From assembly GCA_002715585.2 (NCBI GenBank), contig PAZJ02000005.1, positions 67,482 to 131,481 of the forward strand: DNA of 64,000 nucleotides, in the 5' to 3' direction. The position numbers and the translations under genes are program-made. Below are positions 39,588-49,665 of this stretch, one piece after another; the first letter of the stretch is position 1; every line of letters begins with the position of its first letter. The notes under the pieces were generated by a model. That model was not told the DNA's origin and did not search any database. It saw nothing but the letters and a program-made list of their open reading frames with translations. The stretch is from a bacterium. GTDB taxonomy: Bacteria; Desulfobacterota_D; UBA1144.

Positions 39588-40538
39588 ATGGATTGGCTAC
39601 CTACTTCTGCGTCAACATTTGCACCACAGGTGGATAGTATATTATGGCTGGTAACTATAATTTCTGTTGTCTCCTGTATTTTGGTTGGTTTTTTGCTGAT
39701 ATACTTTGTTGTAAAGTACAGAAAGCGTTCTGATAACGATCAAACACCAGCAATTACTCATGACAGCTTTTTAGAAACACTATGGACGGTAATACCCACA
39801 ATACTTTGTATTCTCATTTTTATTTATGGCTATGTCTATTACGACAAATATACTACACCGACTAAAGGAGCTTATGAAATTAATGTCACAGCTCAAAGAT
39901 GGTCATGGTCTTTTGCTTATCCTAATGGTAAGAAAACTTTTAATGAATTATATGTGCCTCTTAATAAACCCGTAAGGCTTGTTATGCAATCTAAAGATGT
40001 TTTGCATAGTTTTTTTGTTCCGGCATTTAGAGTAAAGCAGGACGTTATTGGAAACAGATATACTTTTATCAATTTTACTCCAACCAAAGAAGGGGTCTTT
40101 GACATTTATTGTACCGAGTATTGTGGTATTTCACATTCAGATATGTTGGCCAAAGTTCACGTAGTTTCTGATGTTGAATATGCCAAATGGGAGTCGGGAG
40201 ATTCTGCAGATGTTGAAAATGCGTATGCAGGCATGGCACCCGACAAAATTGGTGAACAATTATATTCATCAAAAGGTTGTGTAGCTTGCCATAGTATTGA
40301 TGGTGCAAATGGTGTTGGACCTAGTTGGAAAAATCTCTTTGGTCTGGAGCGAGAATTTATAGATGGAACTAAAGAAATAGCAGATGAAAATTATATTAAA
40401 ACATCAATATTATATCCCGTTAATCCACCACAAGGAAAGGTGGTTAAAGGCTATGCTCCGGTAATGCCTTCGTATCAAGGACTTTTGACTGATTCTGAGA
40501 TTACAGCAATTATCGAGTATATTAAAACTATAAAGTAG
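39588..40538 (+). CDS. coxB: Cytochrome c oxidase subunit II fused to a cytochrome c domain (caa3-type)
   Basis: CuA site CTEYCGISHSDM; C-terminal heme c motif CVACHS. Confidence 0.93.
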   Translation: MDWLPTSASTFAPQVDSILWLVTIISVVSCILVGFLLIYFVVKYRKRSDNDQTPAITHDSFLETLWTVIPTILCILIFIYGYVYYDKYTTPTKGAYEINVTAQRWSWSFAYPNGKKTFNELYVPLNKPVRLVMQSKDVLHSFFVPAFRVKQDVIGNRYTFINFTPTKEGVFDIYCTEYCGISHSDMLAKVHVVSDVEYAKWESGDSADVENAYAGMAPDKIGEQLYSSKGCVACHSIDGANGVGPSWKNLFGLEREFIDGTKEIADENYIKTSILYPVNPPQGKVVKGYAPVMPSYQGLLTDSEITAIIEYIKTIK

Positions 40539-40547
40539 GAGTTTAAA

Positions 40548-42146
40548 ATGACAGATCATCATGATTTTGATAAAAATTATTTAGAGAATGGAAAAGGTTT
40601 TAAGTCCTGGTTTTTTACTGTAGACCATAAAAGACTTGGAGTAATGTACCTTTGGGCGATTGGTGTGTTTTTTGTATTAGCAGCGATTGCTTCTTTTTTG
40701 ATTAGATTTGAACATCTTAGTCCAGGTCAAACAATTATTAGTGCTCAAACATATAATGTTTTATTTACGCTTCATGGAGCTGTAATGGTTTTTCTTTTTA
40801 TTGTTCCCGGAGTTGCAGCAAGTTTTGGTAATTTTTTAATACCATTAATGATTGGAGCCCGTGATGTAATTTTTCCTAAACTTAATTTATATAGTTTCTG
40901 GATTTATTGTGCAGGTTCTTTGATTTTATTGTTATCCCTAGCAGCACCAGTCGATACGGGATGGACATTTTATACCCCTTATTCTATTGATACTGGTACA
41001 AATGTAATACTGGTTACATTTGGTGTTTTTGTATTAGGATTTTCTTCTATACTTACAGGAATTAATTTTATTGTAAGCATGCACAAGCTTCGTGCGCCTG
41101 GCCTAACTTGGGACAGATTGCCTTTGTTTTGTTGGGCTGCATACGCTACCTCTCTTCTTCAAGTTTTAGCAACCCCTGTTGTAGGAATTACTCTATTGTT
41201 ATTAATAGGAGAAAGATATTTTGGTTTAGGCTTCTTTGATCCTGCTAAAGGTGGAGACCCTGTTTTATTTCAGCACTTCTTTTGGTTCTACTCTCATCCA
41301 GCCGTATATATTATGATACTTCCGGCTATGGGTATTATTTCGGAGGTAATACCTGTATTTTCAAGGAAACCAATTTTTGGTTATAAAGCCATTGCATATT
41401 CAAGCCTTGCAATTGCTCTGATTAGCTTTTTGGTTTGGGGACATCATATGTTTACTAGTGGACAATCAAAACTTATAAATATTATTTTTTCAGTCATAAC
41501 ATTTGCTGTTGCTGTGCCAACAGCTATAAAAGTTTTCAATTGGTTGTGGACGATGTATAAGGGTTCTGTAGAACTAAGTGCTGCTATGCTATACTCTCTT
41601 GCTTTTATTTTTCTTTTCACAATTGGTGGTCTAACAGGATTGTTTTTAGGAGCCTTAGCTGCGGATGTTCATTTACACGATACTTACTTTGTTGTGGCAC
41701 ATATGCATTATGTTATGATTGGTGGAACAGTATTTGGATTATTTTCTGCAATTCATTTCTGGTATCCAAAAATGTGGGGCAAAATGTTTGATGAATTTAA
41801 GGCAAAAATTGCTTTTACACTAATATTTATCGGATTTAATATTGTTTTCTTCCCTCAATTTATACTTGGCACACAGGGCATGCCAAGAAGATATTTTAAT
41901 TATGCCCCTGAATTTGAAACCCTTCATCAGTTATCCACTTATGGAACTTGGATACTTGGAGTTGGATTTATTTATATGCTTTATACATTATTTAAACCTG
42001 TTGGTGCTGCAGACGCTAATCCATACAGATCTGTCTCTTTAGAGTGGCAAATGCCGTCACCCCCGCCGACTTTAAATTTTAAAGAGATACCAACGGTAAC
42101 AACATCAACCTATGATTATGGCACTAAAGTGGAGCAAGAGGCCTAG
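40548..42146 (+). CDS. coxA: Cytochrome c oxidase subunit I
   Basis: [21 protein letters not shown], 12-TM layout; GGAG SD. Confidence 0.95.
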   Translation: MTDHHDFDKNYLENGKGFKSWFFTVDHKRLGVMYLWAIGVFFVLAAIASFLIRFEHLSPGQTIISAQTYNVLFTLHGAVMVFLFIVPGVAASFGNFLIPLMIGARDVIFPKLNLYSFWIYCAGSLILLLSLAAPVDTGWTFYTPYSIDTGTNVILVTFGVFVLGFSSILTGINFIVSMHKLRAPGLTWDRLPLFCWAAYATSLLQVLATPVVGITLLLLIGERYFGLGFFDPAKGGDPVLFQHFFWFYSHPAVYIMILPAMGIISEVIPVFSRKPIFGYKAIAYSSLAIALISFLVWGHHMFTSGQSKLINIIFSVITFAVAVPTAIKVFNWLWTMYKGSVELSAAMLYSLAFIFLFTIGGLTGLFLGALAADVHLHDTYFVVAHMHYVMIGGTVFGLFSAIHFWYPKMWGKMFDEFKAKIAFTLIFIGFNIVFFPQFILGTQGMPRRYFNYAPEFETLHQLSTYGTWILGVGFIYMLYTLFKPVGAADANPYRSVSLEWQMPSPPPTLNFKEIPTVTTSTYDYGTKVEQEA

Positions 42147-42150
42147 ATTA

Positions 42151-42795
42151 ATGCAGATTATAAAGTTTATTAAATCTTTAGCTTATCCTTCAGAAATGCT
42201 TCCTCCTATTGTTGAGGAAGAGAGTCATTTCGATCCCGAAACCGAGCATTCTGCTGCCAAGCTAGGGATGTGGCTTTTTCTTGCTACTGAATTATTGTTG
42301 TTTGGTGGATTATTTGCAGCTTATGCAATTTTCAGAGCAAAATACCCTGTCATGTTTGCTGAAGGGTCTGCAAATCTTGATGTTGTTTTAGGATCTGTAA
42401 ATACGGTAATTCTTATTTTTAGCAGCTGGACCGTAGCTGTTGCAGTTACCGCAATTCAGGAAAACAAAATAAAATTAGTCCAAGTAATGTTGTGGATAAC
42501 TTTAATATGTGCAGCAATTTTCGGTATTAATAAATATTTCGAATATTCATATAAACTTAGCAATGGAATTGGCCCAGGCACAGATATTTTTTATTCTATT
42601 TATTTTGCTGCTACTGGTGTTCATATGTTGCATGTTTTTATTGGTATGGCTGTTCTAGGAGTAATTTTGAAAAGAACCTATGAAGGAAGATATTCTAAGG
42701 AGAAATTTACAGCAATTGAAATTGGTGGTTTGTATTGGCACCTCGTTGATCTTATTTGGATTTATTTGTTTCCGTTGCTATATTTAGTTGGTTAA
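42151..42795 (+). CDS. coxC: Cytochrome c oxidase subunit III
   Basis: Start taken as the first ATG after the coxA stop (an alternative is ATG 42196). HFDPETEHSAAKLGMWLFLATE, YWHLVD. Confidence 0.85.
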   Translation: MQIIKFIKSLAYPSEMLPPIVEEESHFDPETEHSAAKLGMWLFLATELLLFGGLFAAYAIFRAKYPVMFAEGSANLDVVLGSVNTVILIFSSWTVAVAVTAIQENKIKLVQVMLWITLICAAIFGINKYFEYSYKLSNGIGPGTDIFYSIYFAATGVHMLHVFIGMAVLGVILKRTYEGRYSKEKFTAIEIGGLYWHLVDLIWIYLFPLLYLVG

Positions 42796-42804
42796 GGAGT
42801 TATT

Positions 42805-43086
42805 ATGGCGAGTGCAAATCCATATAAAACATATTTAAATATTTGGTTATTGTTAATGTTTTTAACTTTTATTACTGTTTATGCAGCAGAGTTTGATTTT
42901 GGTGCATTAAATGTCCCAATTGCTCTTCTTATAGCTTCAGTAAAAGCTGGCGTAGTAGCCTTACATTTTATGCATTTAAAATATGAAGATTCAATGACAT
43001 GGGTCTTTGCAATATACCCCTTATTTTTACTATTTTTATTAATAGCCTTTTCCGCAACTGATATTTTTACAAGAGTTGCTAATTAA
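42805..43086 (+). CDS. Cytochrome c oxidase subunit IV (prokaryotic small subunit)
   Basis: 93 aa, 3 TM; position after coxC; AAGGAG SD. Confidence 0.7.
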   Translation: MASANPYKTYLNIWLLLMFLTFITVYAAEFDFGALNVPIALLIASVKAGVVALHFMHLKYEDSMTWVFAIYPLFLLFLLIAFSATDIFTRVAN

Positions 43087-43097
43087 ACAGGAATTAT

Positions 43098-43952
43098 ATG
43101 GGTAAACTTGAAAAGCTAACTCTTGGATCACTAATTATATTATTAATTTGGGGAAATATGGTTAGTGGATTAGGGCATGGATTAGCTTGCCCCGACTGGC
43201 CGCTATGTTTTGGTCAATTTTTTCCAGATATTAATTTTCCTATTTTTATGGAACATGGCCATAGAGTTATGGGCTTAATTGTATCTATATTATTTTTCTT
43301 TCTTGCAAAAAATAGAATAAAAAATTATGTTGGTAAACAAAAATTTCTTCCTATTGTTGCAGCATTACTGTTAACAATTCAAATAATTTTAGGAGGATTG
43401 GTAGTTATTTTTCAACTTGATACAAATTTAACAACCTTTCATTTTGGTAATGCAATATTAATTTTTCTTCTCATATATACTATGTGCAAATATCCCACAA
43501 ATATTGAGCTTTCCTCAGCCAAGTTTTTCTCCTCCAAAGCGATAAAATATATAATTTTTTTTCTAATTATATATTTTCAGCTTGTTTTAGGTGCATACAC
43601 AAGACATTCAAATGCTGGATTGGCTTGCCCAGATTTTCCCACCTGTCTTGGTTATTGGATCCCGCCCTATTTTAGCGAGACAGTTTTTCTCCATCTTTTG
43701 CATAGATTCTCAGGAATTTTAATTTTGGTTTATTCTTTATTCCTTCTTTTAATAACCTATAAAAAAGACATTAAAGATCAGTTTAAGCGTATTGGCAAGC
43801 TTACATTATTAGTTGGAGTTCAAATTGCTTTAGGTATTTATGTTGTTGTTTCCAAGCTAGCCTTTTCTATGACAGCAGTTCATCTATTTGTTGCTTTGTT
43901 AATTATTATGATTGCATTAGATGCTGTTTTTGATGAAAATAAAACAGTGTAA
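43098..43952 (+). CDS. ctaA: Heme A synthase (COX15/CtaA)
   Basis: Two Cys-pair loops (GLACPDWPLC and GLACPDFPTC); conserved His residues in the TM helices. Confidence 0.88.
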   Translation: MGKLEKLTLGSLIILLIWGNMVSGLGHGLACPDWPLCFGQFFPDINFPIFMEHGHRVMGLIVSILFFFLAKNRIKNYVGKQKFLPIVAALLLTIQIILGGLVVIFQLDTNLTTFHFGNAILIFLLIYTMCKYPTNIELSSAKFFSSKAIKYIIFFLIIYFQLVLGAYTRHSNAGLACPDFPTCLGYWIPPYFSETVFLHLLHRFSGILILVYSLFLLLITYKKDIKDQFKRIGKLTLLVGVQIALGIYVVVSKLAFSMTAVHLFVALLIIMIALDAVFDENKTV

Positions 43953-43957
43953 CTATT

Positions 43958-44818
43958 ATGAAAAAGCTTAAGGCATTAATATCCCTTTCGAAGCCAAATA
44001 TTATATTGAGCGTCGGTCTTACTGGTTTGACTGGAATGGTATTGGCAAATAGAGATATACCAGACGCAAAGCTAGTTTTTTTTACTTTGTTTTCTTTAAT
44101 ATTGTCTGCTTCAGGTGCAGCAATGATAAACAATATAATTGAGCAAGATAAAGATAAATTAATGGAAAGACTCTCTAAAAGGGTAGAGAGCTTAGCTTTA
44201 ATTGGAAAAAAAAATCTAACAATCATTGCATCATTTTTAACGACCTTTTCACTCGGAGTTTCTTTTTTTCTGATTAATACAACTAACTTTCTATTTACCT
44301 TAGCAGCAATTTTAAGCTACACAATTTATTACACCCTATTTTTAAAGAGATCGTCACCTTTTGGAACAGTATTAGGTGGCATACCTGGTGCATTACCAGT
44401 TTTGATTGGTTTTTCTTCAGTTAATCCAAATATTTCAGAATTATATATTAATGGGATTATTATGTTTGTTTTTATGATGCTATGGCAACCTCCTCACTTT
44501 TGGTTATTGGCGCAATATCAAGCCGATGATTATAAAAAAGCAGGATTTCCAGTTATGCCAATAATATATGGAAAAAAATTTACTAATTATCTTATTATGA
44601 TTTATAGCCTATCTCTTTTGCCTTTCTCACTATTTTTCTGGTTTAGTGGGATAGCATCCAATACATATGCAGTAATTGCTATCACTCTTAGCATATCTTT
44701 TTTATACGTAGTTTATAAATCTTTCTCAGATACTAAAAAATATAAGACTGCGTTTTTATATTCTATACTTTACATGTTATTAATTCATATATCTTTGATA
44801 TTAAATATTTCAACATAA
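43958..44818 (+). CDS. ctaB: Protoheme IX farnesyltransferase (heme O synthase)
   Basis: UbiA-family polytopic protein (NNIIEQDKD, WQPPHFW). Confidence 0.9.
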   Translation: MKKLKALISLSKPNIILSVGLTGLTGMVLANRDIPDAKLVFFTLFSLILSASGAAMINNIIEQDKDKLMERLSKRVESLALIGKKNLTIIASFLTTFSLGVSFFLINTTNFLFTLAAILSYTIYYTLFLKRSSPFGTVLGGIPGALPVLIGFSSVNPNISELYINGIIMFVFMMLWQPPHFWLLAQYQADDYKKAGFPVMPIIYGKKFTNYLIMIYSLSLLPFSLFFWFSGIASNTYAVIAITLSISFLYVVYKSFSDTKKYKTAFLYSILYMLLIHISLILNIST

Positions 44819-44862
44819 TAATTTTTTTAATTCAAAATTTATATTTGTTGTATAATTGATAA

Positions 44863-46152
44863 ATGAAAATAATTTCATTAAATAAGTCAAAAATAGATAA
44901 GGAAATTTTTAATATTAGAAAATCCCAAGAAGAAGATTTTGAAAAAGTTGAAGATTTAGTTTTAAAAATAATTACAAGTGTTAAAAAAAACGGTGATAAA
45001 GCTTTATCATTATTCACTAAAAAGTTTGATGGAATATTAATTAACTCAAACAATATAAAATTAAATAAGTTTATTATTGAAAAATCTGGCGAAAAGTTAA
45101 CTGCAGAATTAAAAAGTGCTATTAAAACATCAATAAAAAGGGTGACAGATTATCAAAAAAGAAAGCTAACTAAAAATTATAGATATAAGGATGAGTTTGG
45201 GAATAAGCTTGGTTGGAATGTTAGCCCACTCGAAAGAGTAGGTATTTATGTTCCAGGTGGGACTGCATCGTATCCATCAAGTTTAATTATGACAGGTTGT
45301 CTTGCAAGGGCAGCTGGTGTTAAAGAAATTATAATATGTACTCCCCCCAACAAAAATGGCATAAATGAATCAATTTTGTATGTAGCTAAATTACTCAAAA
45401 TTCATGAAGTATATCAAGTTGGTGGTGCTCAAGCTGTTGCGGCAATGGCATATGGAACTAAAAGTATTCCTAAAGTCAATAAAATTGTAGGACCTGGAAA
45501 TATTTTTGTTGCCGCAGCCAAAAAACAAGTATTTGGAAATGTTGGTATTGATATGATTGCAGGACCTAGCGAGGTTTTGATTTTATCAGATTCTTATGCA
45601 AACCCTGATTTCATTGCAAATGATTTATTAGCTCAGGCTGAACACGATTCGAAAGCATCAGCTATCTTAGTAACAAATTCAAAAAAAATAGCAAAAAAAG
45701 TTCATGAGCAAGTTAATAAGCTAGTCAAATATGCTAAAAGAAAAAATATTATTAAGCAGTCATTAAATAAAAATGGAAAAATTTATATTATGTCCAGCGT
45801 TAAAGATTGTATTGAATTTACAAATAAGTTTGCTCCTGAACATTTAGAGATTTTTTTGAAGAATTTTACAAAATTTGAAAAAGATTTTAAAAATGCAGGA
45901 TCTATATTTGTTGGAGAAAATTCTGCAGAAGCGTTTGGTGATTATATTGCTGGGCCAAGTCATGTTTTACCTACTAATGGAAATGCTTTGTTTTCTTCTC
46001 CATTAAGCTCTCTAGATTTTATAAAATATTCAAGCTTTACTTCAATCTCTAAGTTGGGAATGAAGCGCCTTTCAAAAAATGTTGAGACTTTAGCTGAATC
46101 AGAAGGATTATATGAACACTCAAATTCTGTAAGAATAAGGAAAAATAAATGA
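44863..46152 (+). CDS. hisD: Histidinol dehydrogenase
   Basis: [32 protein letters not shown]. Confidence 0.93.
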   Translation: MKIISLNKSKIDKEIFNIRKSQEEDFEKVEDLVLKIITSVKKNGDKALSLFTKKFDGILINSNNIKLNKFIIEKSGEKLTAELKSAIKTSIKRVTDYQKRKLTKNYRYKDEFGNKLGWNVSPLERVGIYVPGGTASYPSSLIMTGCLARAAGVKEIIICTPPNKNGINESILYVAKLLKIHEVYQVGGAQAVAAMAYGTKSIPKVNKIVGPGNIFVAAAKKQVFGNVGIDMIAGPSEVLILSDSYANPDFIANDLLAQAEHDSKASAILVTNSKKIAKKVHEQVNKLVKYAKRKNIIKQSLNKNGKIYIMSSVKDCIEFTNKFAPEHLEIFLKNFTKFEKDFKNAGSIFVGENSAEAFGDYIAGPSHVLPTNGNALFSSPLSSLDFIKYSSFTSISKLGMKRLSKNVETLAESEGLYEHSNSVRIRKNK

Positions 46153-47219
46153 GTATGAGAATTAAGAGGCATCTTAAAAAACTTACACCCTATATCCCAG
46201 ATTCTATAGATTATAAAATAAGGCTCAATGCAAATGAATCCCCTTTCAATCAAACAAAAAAACTTTTGAATAAAATAAAGTCTGGGAACCTTTCTACACA
46301 ACTCGAGGATAATTCGATAAATAGGTATCCCGATCCATCCTACTCAATCTTATTAAATAAGATTTCAAGGAAATATAACGTTAGTACTTCAAATATAGTT
46401 TTATCTAATGGTTCTGATGAGCTAATACTTTATTTACTAATGTGTTTAACTGGAAAAACTTCTAGAATTTTAACTTTTGATCCAACTTTTTCAATGTATC
46501 AAATACTATCCGAGACATTAAATATAAAATGTAATAGAATTCCTTTGGATAAAAATTTTGATATACCAATCAACACTACCTTGAAAAAAATTAAAGAATA
46601 TGACCCGGATATTATTTTTATTGCATCTCCTAATAATCCCACAGCTAATTCTTTTTCAAAAGAGAAAATTTTAAAAATTATTGAGAAATCAAATGGATTA
46701 GTTGTGATTGATGAAGCTTATGGAGATTATTCAAAAACATCTTTTATACAACAACTTTCAAAATATAATAATTTGGCAATTTTAAAAACCATGTCTAAAG
46801 TTGGGTTCGCATCACTTAGAGTTGGATTTCTAATTGCAAACCTGGAGGCTATTAAAATAATAAATAAGGTGCGTTTACCTTATAATTTATCAACTTTATC
46901 TAATATTATAGCCCAAGATTTTTTTGATGATGATAAAAAATATATTAAAGATATACAAAAAATAGTTAATGAAAGAGAAAGGCTGAGCATTTTATTAAAA
47001 TCATATGATAAATTTATTGTGTATCCTTCAGATTCAAACTTCATATTTATAAAATTTAGCAAAACCAAAAGTCTATATAAATACCTTCAAAATCACAATA
47101 TTAGTATAAAAGTATTTGGAAACCCTAAATTAAAAGATTGTTTTAGGGTAACCATAGGCACAAAGAAAGAGAATGATTTAATTCTCTCTTGTATAAAAAA
47201 ATTTTTTGACAAAAATTAA
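46149..47219 (+). CDS. hisC: Histidinol-phosphate aminotransferase
   Basis: NANESP, class-II aminotransferase fold, PLP-Lys region TMSKVGFASLRVG; ATGA overlap with hisD. Confidence 0.9.
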   Translation: MSMRIKRHLKKLTPYIPDSIDYKIRLNANESPFNQTKKLLNKIKSGNLSTQLEDNSINRYPDPSYSILLNKISRKYNVSTSNIVLSNGSDELILYLLMCLTGKTSRILTFDPTFSMYQILSETLNIKCNRIPLDKNFDIPINTTLKKIKEYDPDIIFIASPNNPTANSFSKEKILKIIEKSNGLVVIDEAYGDYSKTSFIQQLSKYNNLAILKTMSKVGFASLRVGFLIANLEAIKIINKVRLPYNLSTLSNIIAQDFFDDDKKYIKDIQKIVNERERLSILLKSYDKFIVYPSDSNFIFIKFSKTKSLYKYLQNHNISIKVFGNPKLKDCFRVTIGTKKENDLILSCIKKFFDKN

Positions 47220-48650
47220 TAGTACTAATATTAAGTAATACGATGTTTCGATAATTAAATAATAACTGTGATAAATTGTCTTTTTATTTATTATGGGTAT
47301 ATCGTAAAAAATACTTCCCTCATTATTCAAATCAATTTTTTCAATGATTTTTCCATTTGGTGAAATTATTGCACTGATTCCATTATTTGCCGATCGTACC
47401 AAAAATTTATTTGATTCTATTGCTCTTGGTAATGAAAGCATTAAATGTTGATAGGCTGCAAGCGAATTACCATACCAAATATCATTTGTTATATTAATAA
47501 GATATCCAATATTATTATCATTAACTATCGATGATAAATCATGTGTGAATAGGTCTTCATAACAGATAAAAATAAAAACAGAATTTCCTTTCTGAAGCTG
47601 AATCGACTTGTTTTTGCCTGGTGTTAGATCGCGGAAGTTTTTATATATAGGAATAAATTTCGATATTATTTCTTTTAATGGATAGTACTCACCATAAATT
47701 AATAATTTTTTTTTATTTTTAAAATTTATGAAATTATTTTTATCATTGAAAAGAATTGCAGAGTTATAAAAATTATTATCTTTTTTTGTAATGGCTCCAA
47801 AAAGTAATTCTTTTGAATTGAACGTATATTTGTTTTTAAAATCATTTTTAAATCTTTTAATTTGATCTGTATTATCTAAATTAATTGAATCTAATGAGCT
47901 CTCAGGCCAGATTATTAGATCGGATCTAAATTGACTATAAAATTTGAGGTTATTTTTTTTATTATTTGGTTGAACAATAGTAACTGAACTTTTTTCATAT
48001 GATTTATAGTTTTCTTCATACTCACTTCTTTCAAAAAACAAAAATATCAAAAATACTAATGGGCATATAAAAAAATATTTAAGTTTATCTCTTCTAATAT
48101 AAATTTGATAAATAGAAAAATTTAAATATAGAAGAAAAACAGAAATTATATTAATTCCTAAGAAACTAATAAAATGGCTAAAGTATTTAAAATTTATTTG
48201 AGAGTTTCCTAATTTATATGGAAAAATTCTAGGAAATATGTTTTCTATACAAACCCATACAAAGATTATGATCAAAAATTTTATAAAATGAAATTTTTCT
48301 CTATTTAAAAGAATTCTTTTTATGATAAAAAAAATAATTATAAAAAATACTGATTCATATAATGAATATATTAGATGTATTAAAATACCATTAAGAAGAG
48401 ATACTCCGGCTATATTCATTAATGTTTCTGTTAACCAATATTGACCAATAAATGAACTTATGATCCCGAATAATAATCCAGAGAATATAATATTAATACT
48501 TTTGAATTCAAATAAATACAGAATTGGTAATAGAAAAAACCAATGAAGAAAATATAAATCAAAATTTAAATATGGAACTGAGTATAATATGGCTGACAAA
48601 ATAATAAGTAATGTATTAAAATTAAATATATTATTTGTTTTTATAAACAT
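47178..48650 (-). CDS. lnt: Apolipoprotein N-acyltransferase
   Basis: N-terminal polytopic region plus C-terminal CN-hydrolase domain (IWPES, FICYEDLF catalytic Cys). Confidence 0.85.
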   Translation of the reverse strand: MFIKTNNIFNFNTLLIILSAILYSVPYLNFDLYFLHWFFLLPILYLFEFKSINIIFSGLLFGIISSFIGQYWLTETLMNIAGVSLLNGILIHLIYSLYESVFFIIIFFIIKRILLNREKFHFIKFLIIIFVWVCIENIFPRIFPYKLGNSQINFKYFSHFISFLGINIISVFLLYLNFSIYQIYIRRDKLKYFFICPLVFLIFLFFERSEYEENYKSYEKSSVTIVQPNNKKNNLKFYSQFRSDLIIWPESSLDSINLDNTDQIKRFKNDFKNKYTFNSKELLFGAITKKDNNFYNSAILFNDKNNFINFKNKKKLLIYGEYYPLKEIISKFIPIYKNFRDLTPGKNKSIQLQKGNSVFIFICYEDLFTHDLSSIVNDNNIGYLINITNDIWYGNSLAAYQHLMLSLPRAIESNKFLVRSANNGISAIISPNGKIIEKIDLNNEGSIFYDIPIINKKTIYHSYYLIIETSYYLILVLLIFVKKFFYTREN

Positions 48651-48691
48651 AATATAAATTTAAGTATAATTATAATCTGGTAAAATATATA

Positions 48692-49288
48692 ATGATTAAT
48701 TCATCTGTATTAGTTCTTAACAAATTTTTTTTTCCGATTGACACAACTAATGTAAAACGAGCTTTTTTAATGCTTTATGGTGGAGCAGCAAAAGCTGTTA
48801 ATTTAAATTACGAAACATTTGACTTCAATTCATGGAGTGAAATTTCTGCTGCTAGTGAAGAAGATTCAATTAAAACTGTATCAGCTATAATAAAAATTCC
48901 CAGAGTAATAATGGTTGTTCGGTATGATAGAGTACCAAGCAAAGAAGTTAGGTTTAACAGATATAATATTTTTAAGCGTGATAGATTGCAGTGCCAGTAT
49001 TGCGGTGACATATTACCTAAATCAGAGTTAACCATAGATCATGTTGTACCAAAAGCCTTAGGTGGCAAAACAGTGTGGGAGAATGTAGTATGTGCATGTT
49101 CAAAATGTAATAGAAAAAAAGGGTGCAAAACTTTAGAAGAAGCCAATATGAAATTGATAAATAAACCAATTAAGCCAACCTGGGAACTACTATCAAACTT
49201 ATATATTCAAACTACAACATATAAAGAATGGAAGCCCTTTTTAAGCTTTATCGATTCCTCATATTGGAACGTAGAACTTGTTGATTAA
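48692..49288 (+). CDS. HNH endonuclease family protein
   Basis: CQYCG..TIDHVVPKALGGKTVWENVVCACSKCNRKKG (HNH with two CxxC pairs); N-terminal VLVLNKFFFP..KRAFLML domain. Confidence 0.85.
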   Translation: MINSSVLVLNKFFFPIDTTNVKRAFLMLYGGAAKAVNLNYETFDFNSWSEISAASEEDSIKTVSAIIKIPRVIMVVRYDRVPSKEVRFNRYNIFKRDRLQCQYCGDILPKSELTIDHVVPKALGGKTVWENVVCACSKCNRKKGCKTLEEANMKLINKPIKPTWELLSNLYIQTTTYKEWKPFLSFIDSSYWNVELVD

Positions 49289-49322
49289 TTTTTGTTGACA
49301 AAAAGTTATAATTTGTAAAAAT

Positions 49323-49342
49323 ATATACCTTCGGAGGTATAT
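49323..49342 (+). promoter_or_regulatory. Leader hairpin partly sequestering the rplU Shine-Dalgarno
   Basis: atatacct-tcgg-aggtatat (8-bp stem). GGAGG spans the loop and 3' arm; ATG 49345 is 2 nt after the stem. Confidence 0.35.
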
Positions 49343-49344
49343 TG

Positions 49345-49656
49345 ATGGAAGCTGTCATTAAAACTGGTGGAAAACAATTTTATGTACAGAAAGGGGATAT
49401 TATTGAGGCGGAAATAACCTCTCAAGATATTGGCGCAGAGATTATCATTGATGATGTTTTACTTATAAGTGAGTCATCTAATCTTATCTCTGATCCAAAA
49501 AAACTTAAGTCTGCAAAGGTTAAGGCCAAGATTCTTTCATTTGTAAAAGCAAAAAAAGTTAAAGTTTTTAAATTTAGAAGAAGGCAGAACTCTAAAACAT
49601 TAAATGGCCATAGACAAAATTATCAAAAAATGGAGATTATTTCCATAGATAAGTAG
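49345..49656 (+). CDS. rplU: Ribosomal protein L21
   Basis: MEAVIKTGGKQFYVQKGD. ATG 49345 is preferred over the track's TTG 49342. Confidence 0.93.
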   Translation: MEAVIKTGGKQFYVQKGDIIEAEITSQDIGAEIIIDDVLLISESSNLISDPKKLKSAKVKAKILSFVKAKKVKVFKFRRRQNSKTLNGHRQNYQKMEIISIDK

Positions 49657-49665
49657 GGGAAAGAT

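Noticed and set aside
49295-49312. TTGACA plus TATAAT upstream of rplU as a single consensus promoter
   Set aside because: The hexamers are only 6 nt apart, so they cannot be the -35 and -10 of one sigma70 promoter.
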